In this document: one piece after another, positions 38,881 to 46,561 of the stretch
How positions within the stretch are numbered: the first letter of the stretch is position 1
Layout: each line of letters begins with the position of its first letter
NCBI GenBank assembly: GCA_036476895.1
Contig: JAZGCJ010000261.1
Span: forward strand, 1-46,561
Direction: 5' to 3'
Source of the DNA: Thermodesulfobacteriota bacterium
GTDB lineage: Bacteria > Desulfobacterota_D > UBA1144 > Nemesobacterales > JAZGCJ01
DNA length: 46,561 bases
The notes under the pieces: model-generated
What the model was told of the DNA's origin: nothing
What the model saw: the letters and a program-made list of their open reading frames with translations, nothing else
Database searches by the model: none
Position numbers and translations under genes: made by a program

Positions 38881-40194
38881 TTGGATCAATTAAGAGAGTA
38901 TGCAAAAGAGATTTTTTATCATGGCCTGAAGCAGGTCGATCCAGTAGTGGCTATAAAAAAATATGTTAGAAGAAATGGGCATAAACTTATAGTTAATGGG
39001 AATGATTTTGACCTAGTCAATTATAACAATATTTATGTAATCGGAATGGGGAAGGCATCTGCTGCCATGGCAAAAGGGTTAGAAGAAGTATTAGGCACCA
39101 TGATCACAGGTGGTATCATAAATGTTAAATACGGCCACTCGCTGCCATTAGAGAATATAAAAGTAATCGAGGCTTCCCATCCAGTTCCAGACAAATCTGG
39201 GGTTAAAGGAACATATGAAATTGTAGATCTGCTGAAACAAACAAACGAAAAAGACCTTATTTTTTGTCTAATATCGGGCGGTGGTTCAGCTCTTTTGCCC
39301 GCCCCCCCCGAACCTATAACGTTGGAAGATAAACAAAAGCTTACAGATGAATTATTAAAATGTGGAGCTAAAATACACGAAATCAATATAATTAGAAAAC
39401 AGCTATCAAATACAAAAGGTGGGAAATTAGCCCATTTAGCATATCCATCAACATTAATATCTTTAATCTTATCAGACGTAATCGGGGATGATCTAGATAT
39501 AATAGCTTCTGGTCCAACTGCACCAGATACATCCTGCACAGAAGATTGTTATAAAATAATAGATAAATATAGACTTAACGAATGTATTCCCAACTCGATT
39601 AAGAGCTATTTTGAACAGAAAAATAATGAACAAATACCTCACCCTCAGCATCCTTGCTTTGAAAATACCCACAATATAATCATAGGATCAAATATACAAG
39701 CTTTGTTGGGAGCAAAAGAGAAAGCCGTAGAACTCGGATTTGAAACAGTACTATTATCAAGTTTCATAGAAGGTGAAACAGAAGATGTTGCGAAAGTTCA
39801 TACTGCTATAGTAAAAGAAATTATTAGTACCGGTAATCCTATCAATATACCGGCGTGTATACTTTCGGGTGGAGAAACAACCGTCTCCATTGAACACGAT
39901 GGTTTAGGAGGAAGAAATCAAGAGTTTGCATTGGCAGCGGCAATTGAAATTGAAAATATAGGAAACGTATTGGTATTAAGTGCAGGAACTGATGGAACTG
40001 ACGGACCAACCGATGCCGCCGGCGCATTTGCCGATGGGACTACAGTTAAGAGAGCAAGCGAAGCCGGCATGGATGCATGTTATTTCCTTGCAAGAAACGA
40101 CTCGTATAATTTTTTCAAGACTCTAAGTGACCTGTTTAAAACTGGTCCGACATATACAAATGTTATGGACATAAGAGTAATCTTAATTAATTAA
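38881..40194 (+). CDS. Glycerate kinase type 2 (MOFRL family)
   Basis: GKAS..M, HPVPD, ISGGGSAL, SDV.GD, SGP, GGETTV, GGRNQE, TDG.DGPT.AAG, TGPT.TNV.D. Confidence 0.93.
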   Translation: MDQLREYAKEIFYHGLKQVDPVVAIKKYVRRNGHKLIVNGNDFDLVNYNNIYVIGMGKASAAMAKGLEEVLGTMITGGIINVKYGHSLPLENIKVIEASHPVPDKSGVKGTYEIVDLLKQTNEKDLIFCLISGGGSALLPAPPEPITLEDKQKLTDELLKCGAKIHEINIIRKQLSNTKGGKLAHLAYPSTLISLILSDVIGDDLDIIASGPTAPDTSCTEDCYKIIDKYRLNECIPNSIKSYFEQKNNEQIPHPQHPCFENTHNIIIGSNIQALLGAKEKAVELGFETVLLSSFIEGETEDVAKVHTAIVKEIISTGNPINIPACILSGGETTVSIEHDGLGGRNQEFALAAAIEIENIGNVLVLSAGTDGTDGPTDAAGAFADGTTVKRASEAGMDACYFLARNDSYNFFKTLSDLFKTGPTYTNVMDIRVILIN

Positions 40195-40299
40195 AAATCT
40201 TAAATGTTTGCACTTTTGTCATATCCAGTTCCCCTACACAAAGTACTTTTAAATCCTGATTTTGTTATAATTAAACCTAAAATGTAAAATTTTATCGTT

Positions 40300-41493
40300 A
40301 TGGGTATATCCGATTTAATTGACATAGGGATCATATCCCTTCTTATATATCTGATTCTAATATGGTTCAAAGCCAGAAAAGCAAATTATATAATATTTGG
40401 AATCTTAGTTATTGGAGCTGTTTATTTATTAGCAAGACAATTTAACCTGGTTTTAACAACATCTCTTCTTCACGGCTTTTTTGCTGTGTTTGTAATAGCG
40501 TTAATAGTTATTTTCCAAGAAGAGCTTAGGTACTTCTTTGAACAAATACCAGAAAAGCTAAAAAATTCTTTTGAAACAACTTCTACAAAGTTCTCGTCAT
40601 TATTTTCGAAGAGGAATGATCGTATTAAAGACGATGAACAATATTCATACATAGAGGATATAGATATTATCTCGTCTACTTTAAATGATTTCTCCCTAAA
40701 TAAAATCGGGGCAATAATTGTGTTGCCAGGTATAAATACCATCAACAGATACCTAAATGGTGGATTTGAACTAAATGGGAAATTAAGCTTACCCTTACTA
40801 AAGAGTATCTTCGATCCAAACTCCCCAGGACATGATGGAGCGGCAGTAATTAAATCAGGTCGTGTAACAAAATTTGCCTGCCATCTGCCATTATCAAAAA
40901 ATTTCCTGAAAATTCAGACTCAGGGCACTCGACATGCAGCGGCGCTTGGGTTGTCAGAGCTCACCGACGCTCTTTGTTTAGTTGCTTCTGAAGAGCAGGG
41001 AACCATATCTTATTCCAGATATGGAGACATTAAGAAAATCGACAAATACAAATTAAAAACAGTTCTTCGTAATTACTTTGAAGAAATAAATCCGTCTGAA
41101 AAAGAAAGAAAATGGTACAGGCTTGTAACTAGAAACATAAAAGAAAAAGCTATAGCCGTTCTATTAGCCATTATACTTTGGTTTGTGTTTGTACAAGAAT
41201 CCATGCTGGTTTATAGAAGTTTTACTATTCCCATAAAACACACAAACTTGCCTGAGGAGCTGGAGATTACTGAAATAAATCCGAAAGGGATTTCAGTAAC
41301 TTTCATAGCACCCAGAAGAGATTTCTTCTTCCTAAATGAAAATGAGATCAAGGCAATTCTTAAGATTCCTAAACCCGAAACAGGTAAACACAAAATATAT
41401 ATATCGGATTCTGATATATCTTTCCCTCAAGACTTAATACTAGAGGATATTGAACCAAGACAGATATTTATAACTATCAAAAAAGATGAATAA
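40300..41493 (+). CDS. Membrane diadenylate cyclase (CdaA/DacA) fused to a YbbR/CdaR-like domain
   Basis: N-terminal TM helices, IFQEELR, GHDGA, GTRHAAA, SEE.G.IS; then a TM (LLAIILWFVF) and a YbbR-like beta domain. Confidence 0.85.
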   Translation: MGISDLIDIGIISLLIYLILIWFKARKANYIIFGILVIGAVYLLARQFNLVLTTSLLHGFFAVFVIALIVIFQEELRYFFEQIPEKLKNSFETTSTKFSSLFSKRNDRIKDDEQYSYIEDIDIISSTLNDFSLNKIGAIIVLPGINTINRYLNGGFELNGKLSLPLLKSIFDPNSPGHDGAAVIKSGRVTKFACHLPLSKNFLKIQTQGTRHAAALGLSELTDALCLVASEEQGTISYSRYGDIKKIDKYKLKTVLRNYFEEINPSEKERKWYRLVTRNIKEKAIAVLLAIILWFVFVQESMLVYRSFTIPIKHTNLPEELEITEINPKGISVTFIAPRRDFFFLNENEIKAILKIPKPETGKHKIYISDSDISFPQDLILEDIEPRQIFITIKKDE

Positions 41494-41544
41494 TTTCAAA
41501 TTATTTTATATATTAAATGCTTAATTAAAATCTGTGTCGACACA

Positions 41545-42690
41545 TTAATCTTTTAACTCCTTGACAATAACATCTATTTTATTAAAAAGAAGTTCAATCT
41601 CCTCTTCCGTGTTGTAGAAATGTGGGGCAACCCTTAGAGCTCCATCTCTATAATTAATAAGCACATTGTCCTTAAATAATTTCTCCCTAATCTCAGACGG
41701 ATCAAATTCTGATCCGAAGGAAATAATCCCAGCCCTTTCCTCAATATTTTCAGGTGTTCTTACTATAAAACCGGCTTTCTCTGCCTTTTCAATAACAAGT
41801 GAACCCAAACTTAAAACCCTCTTATTAATATTTTCTATCCCGACCTCAAGAAGAAACTTTAATGATTGACCAAGTGCCAAGATCCCTATTATATTTAGAG
41901 AGCCTTCTTCGAATCTCCTTGCATCATCCTTAAGCGTAAAATTAATCTTATCGTATTCCCGTTCATTAACAACACTATTCCAACCTATCAATACGGGGTT
42001 AATCTCACCTAACAACTCTTCTTTGCAATAGAAAATCCCGGTCCCTTCAGGGGCTAATAACCACTTATGACCGTCAGCAGCTAAAAAATCGATATTGAAC
42101 TCTCGCACATCCATTGGTTCTACACCAAGACTTTGAATTGCATCTACAAAGAAATATATATTTTTGGATTTGCAGAATTCTCCTAATTTTCTCAAATCGG
42201 CTTTAAAACCATTGGAGTGTTGAACAGAACTAATGCTAATCATTTTGGTTTTACTATCGATTCCATTCTTGATATCCTCCAATTCCACTTTCCCATTTCT
42301 AAAAGACAAAGTTCTTATCTCTACCCCTTTCTTCTCCAGGTTTAACCATGGATAAACATTAGATGGAAACTCCTTTTCATAAATCAGGATATTGTCTCCT
42401 TCATTAAATTGAAGACCGTTGGCTATTAGCGAAATTCCGTGTGATGTACTCTTTACAAATGCTATCTCCTCGCTCCTGCATCCAAGAAAAAAACTAAAAT
42501 CACTTCTTACATCCTCAACCCGATCCATCCATTTTTCGTAAGCAAAAACTCCTTGCTCCGAGTATTCAGTTAACAGGCTTTGAACAGTATCTTTTACTCT
42601 CAGAGGTATTGGTGAAACACCGGCATGATCGAGATAAATATAAGATTCTGTAACCGGAAACTCTTTTCTGTACTTTTTAACATTTAGCAT
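41545..42690 (-). CDS. Class V aminotransferase-fold PLP enzyme (C-S lyase/cysteine desulfurase-like)
   Basis: YLDHAG.SP, STS.G, EFPSN.YPW, VDAIQSLG, DGHKWL..PEG.G, RFE.G, R..PHFYN. Confidence 0.88.
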   Translation of the reverse strand: MLNVKKYRKEFPVTESYIYLDHAGVSPIPLRVKDTVQSLLTEYSEQGVFAYEKWMDRVEDVRSDFSFFLGCRSEEIAFVKSTSHGISLIANGLQFNEGDNILIYEKEFPSNVYPWLNLEKKGVEIRTLSFRNGKVELEDIKNGIDSKTKMISISSVQHSNGFKADLRKLGEFCKSKNIYFFVDAIQSLGVEPMDVREFNIDFLAADGHKWLLAPEGTGIFYCKEELLGEINPVLIGWNSVVNEREYDKINFTLKDDARRFEEGSLNIIGILALGQSLKFLLEVGIENINKRVLSLGSLVIEKAEKAGFIVRTPENIEERAGIISFGSEFDPSEIREKLFKDNVLINYRDGALRVAPHFYNTEEEIELLFNKIDVIVKELKD

Positions 42691-42874
42691 TATAGTAATA
42701 TACTTGATCCCGAATATCACAACACAATGAAGTTATTGAATCAATTTAAATATAAATTGTTTAAGTCTATAGTTGAACTTTAATATAAACTTATTAATTT
42801 ATAACTTAAGGTTGATAACAAATCTGTTTTGTTTTAGTTTATAATCCTTAATTTTTGAAGGGAAGGTTAATTTT

Positions 42875-44038
42875 ATGGCGCTATCAAAACAAGAACTAAG
42901 TCGATACAGTCGACACTTAATCATGCCGGAAGTGGGTATTGATGGACAAGAGAAACTAAAGGCTTCAAAGGTTTTGTGTATTGGCGCAGGCGGGCTTGGT
43001 TCCCCTTTGGCATTATACCTGGCTGCTGCTGGTGTCGGACACTTGGGAATTCTTGATTTTGACGTGGTAGATTTTAGCAACTTGCAGAGGCAGATAATCC
43101 ACAGTGAAGATAACCTGGGAAAGCTCAAAGTGGAATCGGCTAAAGAACGGTTACAACAACTAAATTCAGATATAAATGTAACCACTTACAACACTAGACT
43201 AACTTCTGACAATGCAATGGATATCATCAAGGATTACGATATTGTTGTCGACGGTACCGATAATTTTGCGACACGATATTTGGTCAATGATGCCTGTGTT
43301 CTCTTAGGAAAACCCAATGTATATGGAAGTATATTTCGCTTTGAGGGTCAGGTTAGTGTATTCGATGCAAAAAAAGGTCCTTGCTACAGATGTCTTTATC
43401 CGGAACCCCCACCACTCGGATTAGTTCCGAGCTGTGCCGAAGGTGGGGTATTGGGAATTTTGCCAGGTGTGGTTGGGACAATACAGGCATCAGAGACAAT
43501 AAAGCTAATTATCGGCCAAGGAACACCACTAGTTGGAAAACTTCTTTTTATCGAAGTATTAGATATGGAGATTAGAAAATTAAAACTCAACAAGGATCCC
43601 AATTGCCCTATATGCAGTGAAAATGCTACCATCAATAAACTAATCGATTATGAAGAATTTTGCGGTATTGGAAGAGGTGAATTGGAAGAAGAAGTCATCG
43701 GCGACAGGGAATCCATAGTAGTAAAAGAAATGACCGTAGAAGAATTTAATGAGTTAAGAAACAAAAACGGAAATGTTGTGCTTGTAGATGTAAGAGAGCC
43801 TCATGAATATCAAATATGCAATATAGAAGGTTCAACACTTATTCCACTGGGTGAACTTGATAGTAGAACTGATGAACTAAATCCAGAAGATGATATTGTT
43901 GTACACTGCCATCATGGTGGCAGAAGTATGAAAGCCGCCACCCTTCTCAAGGAAAAGGGTTTTAAAAATGTATTAAACCTTAAAGGCGGTATCGACGAAT
44001 GGGCTGAGAAGTTCGATCCTGAAATGTCGAGATATTGA
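42875..44038 (+). CDS. moeZ: MoeB/ThiF-type adenylyltransferase with C-terminal rhodanese (MoeZ)
   Basis: RYSRHL, GAGGLG, SNLQRQ, CYRC...CPIC, PSCAEGG, rhodanese DVRE..E and HCHHGGRS. Confidence 0.93.
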   Translation: MALSKQELSRYSRHLIMPEVGIDGQEKLKASKVLCIGAGGLGSPLALYLAAAGVGHLGILDFDVVDFSNLQRQIIHSEDNLGKLKVESAKERLQQLNSDINVTTYNTRLTSDNAMDIIKDYDIVVDGTDNFATRYLVNDACVLLGKPNVYGSIFRFEGQVSVFDAKKGPCYRCLYPEPPPLGLVPSCAEGGVLGILPGVVGTIQASETIKLIIGQGTPLVGKLLFIEVLDMEIRKLKLNKDPNCPICSENATINKLIDYEEFCGIGRGELEEEVIGDRESIVVKEMTVEEFNELRNKNGNVVLVDVREPHEYQICNIEGSTLIPLGELDSRTDELNPEDDIVVHCHHGGRSMKAATLLKEKGFKNVLNLKGGIDEWAEKFDPEMSRY

Positions 44039-44058
44039 GTACATATAACAATTCATAT

Positions 44059-44093
44059 AAAAAGGGAAGAACGGCTGATTCTTCCCTTTTTTT
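44059..44093. terminator. Bidirectional intrinsic terminator between moeZ and tRNA-Leu
   Basis: AAAAAGGGAAGAA-cggctga-TTCTTCCCTTTTTTT perfect hairpin with A and T tails between convergent genes. Confidence 0.9.
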
Positions 44094-44105
44094 GTCTTGT
44101 GTATA

Positions 44106-44189
44106 TGGGCGGAGGGGGACTCGAACCCCCACGAGCGCAAGCCCAACGGCTTTTGAGGCCGTCGCGTATACCAATTTCGCCATCCGCCC
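44106..44189 (-). tRNA. tRNA-Leu (anticodon CAA); CCA end not encoded
   Basis: Acceptor GGGCGGA/TCCGCCC plus discriminator A; anticodon arm ACGGC-CT CAA AA-GCCGT; long variable arm; GGTTCGAGTCC T-arm. Confidence 0.96.
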
Positions 44190-44333
44190 CGTGTTAAAGT
44201 TTTATATTATCCCGAAGTTGACAACCATAATCAATAGTTCGATAACTTTAGATATCAAATCCGGAAAAATTAATAAATTACGTCAACACTATCCAGTATA
44301 CAGATCAAAAATAAACCTATCTATTATTACTTA

Positions 44334-44361
44334 TTGACAACAAATAGCATTCATGTATTCT
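44334..44361 (+). promoter_or_regulatory. Sigma70-type promoter for the DAHP synthase gene
   Basis: TTGACA-N16-TATTCT about 45 bp before ATG 44405. Confidence 0.55.
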
Positions 44362-44404
44362 TGCGTTCTTTATCAATTTATTGTTTCATTGGGGGAAGTT
44401 AACC

Positions 44405-45424
44405 ATGATTGTGGTAATGAAAAGTGGTGCTACAAAAGAAGATATTGAAAAGGTAAAATCAACAATTGAAGAACTCGGATACAAATCACATCCGATAGAA
44501 GGGGTTCTTCGAACCGTAATTGGTGTTGTTGGTGACGATAGAGGAAAACCACATCATGCTGAAAATTTAAAACAGCTGCAAGGTGTTGAAAGAGTAGTTC
44601 CTATTGTTCAGCCCTATAAGCTTGCCAGTCGCGAGGTAAAGGAAGAATCTTCTTGTTTTAATATAGCTGGAGTTGAAGTTGGTAACAGAAAAATCCCCAT
44701 AATTGCAGGCCCCTGTTCGGTTGAAAGTGAAGATCAACTAATGGAAATAGCTTTTGCAGTTAAGGATGCGGGTGCTTCAATGCTAAGAGGTGGTGCATTC
44801 AAACCCAGAACTTCTCCATACAGCTTCCAAGGTTTGGGAGAAGAGGGTTTAAAAATTCTTGCAAAAGCAAGAGAAGCAACCGGGTTGCCGATTGTAACTG
44901 AAGTTATGGACCCGGAAGATCTTGAGCTTATAGAACAGTATGCAGACGTTTTACAGATTGGTGCAAGGAACTCACAAAACTATGCACTTCTTAGACGTGT
45001 TGGAAAATCTAGCAAACCCGTTTTGCTGAAGAGGGGAATGTCCACAACAATAAATGAATTTTTAATGTGTGCAGAATACATAATCTCTGAAGGCAACGAT
45101 CAAGTAATGCTGTGTGAGAGAGGAATCCGAACCTTCGAAACTGCCACAAGGAACACATTTGATTTAAACGCTGTTCCAGTTTTAAAGGAAAAGACACACC
45201 TTCCCGTATTTACCGACCCTAGCCACGGCACCGGATACTGGCAATATGTAACCCCTATGACACTTGCTTCAATTGCCGCAGGAGCTGATGGAATAATACT
45301 TGAGGTCCACAACAGGCCTGAAGATGCTGTTAGTGATGGCGGCCAATCATTAAAACCCAGAAAGTTTGAAGATTTAATGAAAAAGGCCGGCCCGGTCGCC
45401 GAAGCGATCGGAAGAAGTATATAA
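44405..45424 (+). CDS. aroF: DAHP synthase type I-beta with N-terminal ferredoxin-like regulatory domain
   Basis: MIVVMK N-domain, [46 protein letters not shown]. Confidence 0.95.
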   Translation: MIVVMKSGATKEDIEKVKSTIEELGYKSHPIEGVLRTVIGVVGDDRGKPHHAENLKQLQGVERVVPIVQPYKLASREVKEESSCFNIAGVEVGNRKIPIIAGPCSVESEDQLMEIAFAVKDAGASMLRGGAFKPRTSPYSFQGLGEEGLKILAKAREATGLPIVTEVMDPEDLELIEQYADVLQIGARNSQNYALLRRVGKSSKPVLLKRGMSTTINEFLMCAEYIISEGNDQVMLCERGIRTFETATRNTFDLNAVPVLKEKTHLPVFTDPSHGTGYWQYVTPMTLASIAAGADGIILEVHNRPEDAVSDGGQSLKPRKFEDLMKKAGPVAEAIGRSI

Positions 45425-45565
45425 TTAAGCACTTTTCAGCTAATTAATATATTCCCCCCGACATTCTCATCTAGAGCAATAAAAAAATGGACTTCCTATT
45501 ATTAAAGCTCATCTATTTTTTATTAAGATTTGAATTAATCGTAAATATAAAATGAATAAAAACTG

Positions 45566-45604
45566 AGAATTTTGTATAATGATTATTGCAAATTACAAAA
45601 TTCT
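45566..45604. promoter_or_regulatory. 11-bp perfect inverted repeat overlapping a TATAAT, putative operator
   Basis: AGAATTTTGTA-N17-TACAAAATTCT upstream of the nuclease gene. Confidence 0.45.
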
Positions 45605-45689
45605 GCTTATAAAACCTTCTTAGCTATGACAGTGGCATTGGTTGAAAAACAATAATAAATTAAAAAAATAATATTTGATCTTACATCTA

Positions 45690-46430
45690 ATGTCTGAATA
45701 CAAAAAAACCAGAGGACTATATGTTCCCGATTCCGATAACCCGTTTAAAATTAGCAGATCTAAGCTTGAACTCTTTGTTGAATGTCCGAGATGTTTTTAT
45801 TTAGATAGGAGACTGGGGATTTCTAGGCCACCGGGGTTTCCATTTCCTTTAAACAGTGCAGTTGATCATTTATTAAAGAACGAATTCGATTCTTACAGGA
45901 ATGAAGGGAAACAGCACCCGATTCAGGTTGAATATGGAGTTGATGCAAAACTCGCTAAGCACTGTGATCTTGAAAATTGGCGTAATAACTTCACTGGTAT
46001 TAAATATCTGCACGTACCCACAAATTTATTAGTTTTTGGTGCAATAGACGATCTTTGGATAAATAATAGAGGGGAATACATTGTAGTCGATTACAAGTCT
46101 ACAAGTATACATGAAAAGATAGTTGCATTAGATAAACCACACCATGCTACTTATAAACGACAGATAGAAATTTATCAGTGGCTATTAAAAAACAATAACT
46201 ACAAAGTCTCAGATACATCATACTTTGTATATGCAAACGCATTCAAAGATAGAGATAGGTTTGATAAAAAACTGGATTTCGATTTAACTTTAATTTCTTA
46301 TATCGGAAATTCGGATTGGGTTGAAGGTATTGTATTTAATTCCTATGAATGTCTGAATTCCGAATCAATTCCTGAACTAAACAAACATTGTGATTATTGC
46401 AGTTATTTAAAAAATAGTTTATTAGATTGA
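45690..46430 (+). CDS. PD-(D/E)XK nuclease (RecB/Cas4-like, stand-alone)
   Basis: S.SKL..F..CPRCF, GAIDD, VVDYKST, RQ..IY (QxxxY), C-terminal CDYC. Confidence 0.88.
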   Translation: MSEYKKTRGLYVPDSDNPFKISRSKLELFVECPRCFYLDRRLGISRPPGFPFPLNSAVDHLLKNEFDSYRNEGKQHPIQVEYGVDAKLAKHCDLENWRNNFTGIKYLHVPTNLLVFGAIDDLWINNRGEYIVVDYKSTSIHEKIVALDKPHHATYKRQIEIYQWLLKNNNYKVSDTSYFVYANAFKDRDRFDKKLDFDLTLISYIGNSDWVEGIVFNSYECLNSESIPELNKHCDYCSYLKNSLLD

Positions 46431-46561
46431 CCAAAATTGTGTAACACAAGTGCCCTGTGTAATCTGTTACCTATCTGCCAAGATTCTACCCAAATAAAAC
46501 CTTTTCCAGAAGGAAAGGGTTTAAACGGGCATTCAAAAAATTACGAAAATCAATTCTGAAA

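Noticed and set aside
44106-44189. tRNA-Leu as the integration site of an island
   Set aside because: I saw no integrase and no duplicated tRNA 3' end; both flanks are housekeeping genes.
43980-44337. ORFs 43980..44183 (-) and 44035..44337 (+)
   Set aside because: They are translations of the tRNA-Leu gene and the terminator.
44362-44404. Aromatic amino-acid attenuator upstream of aroF
   Set aside because: The leader is too short, with no separate leader peptide or terminator hairpin.
1621-45432. Many short ORFs antisense to or nested in recognised genes (e.g. 1621..1923, 4446..4850, 12201..12455, 37999..38190, 39033..39539, 42799..43185)
   Set aside because: Shadow frames of well-supported genes with no RBS or family motifs. 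37999..38190 is antisense to the PspC pseudogene and 12201..12455 is antisense to the permease.
45690-46561. CRISPR-Cas locus around the Cas4-like nuclease
   Set aside because: No repeat-spacer array and no cas1/cas2 in the window.
46437-46561. Hairpin AAACCTTTTCC-AGAA-GGAAAGGGTTT (46497-46522) and palindrome TTGTG-TAA-CACAA
   Set aside because: Could be a terminator, but the U-tail is weak and it may lie in the 3' end of a minus-strand gene entering from outside the window; cannot be resolved here.

Overview
AT-rich (roughly one-third GC by eye), gene-dense chromosomal segment of a diderm bacterium. LolA, an outer-membrane protein fragment, futalosine-pathway mqnA/mqnD and complex I genes suggest a Desulfobacterota/deltaproteobacterial-like lineage; this is inference only. 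Content is mostly housekeeping: hisA-hisF-dgt-mqnA-mqnD, pcm, rng, parAB-purSQ, nuoN and a separate nuoABCD, ftsK-lolA, uvrA, glyA-nrdR-tatD-pdxA, cobB, suhB, aroF and one tRNA-Leu(CAA). I saw no CRISPR array, transposase, integrase or phage gene. Highlights: (1) a thiocarboxylate-type sulfur-relay gene set (TusA-CysM-Mec/JAB operon plus a distant MoeZ divergent from a class-V PLP enzyme lacking the desulfurase Cys loop) with no ubiquitin-like carrier in the window; (2) three genes hidden or split by in-frame stops and missed by the ORF track (ABC permease TAA, PspC TAG, small lipoprotein paralog TGA); (3) a diadenylate cyclase-YbbR fusion with RHA instead of RHR; (4) a glutaminyl cyclase plus secreted proteins with Gln at the predicted +1 position; (5) a candidate structured RNA and an operator-like palindrome before a solo PD-(D/E)XK nuclease. 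All product calls come from recognising motifs by eye, not from database searches.
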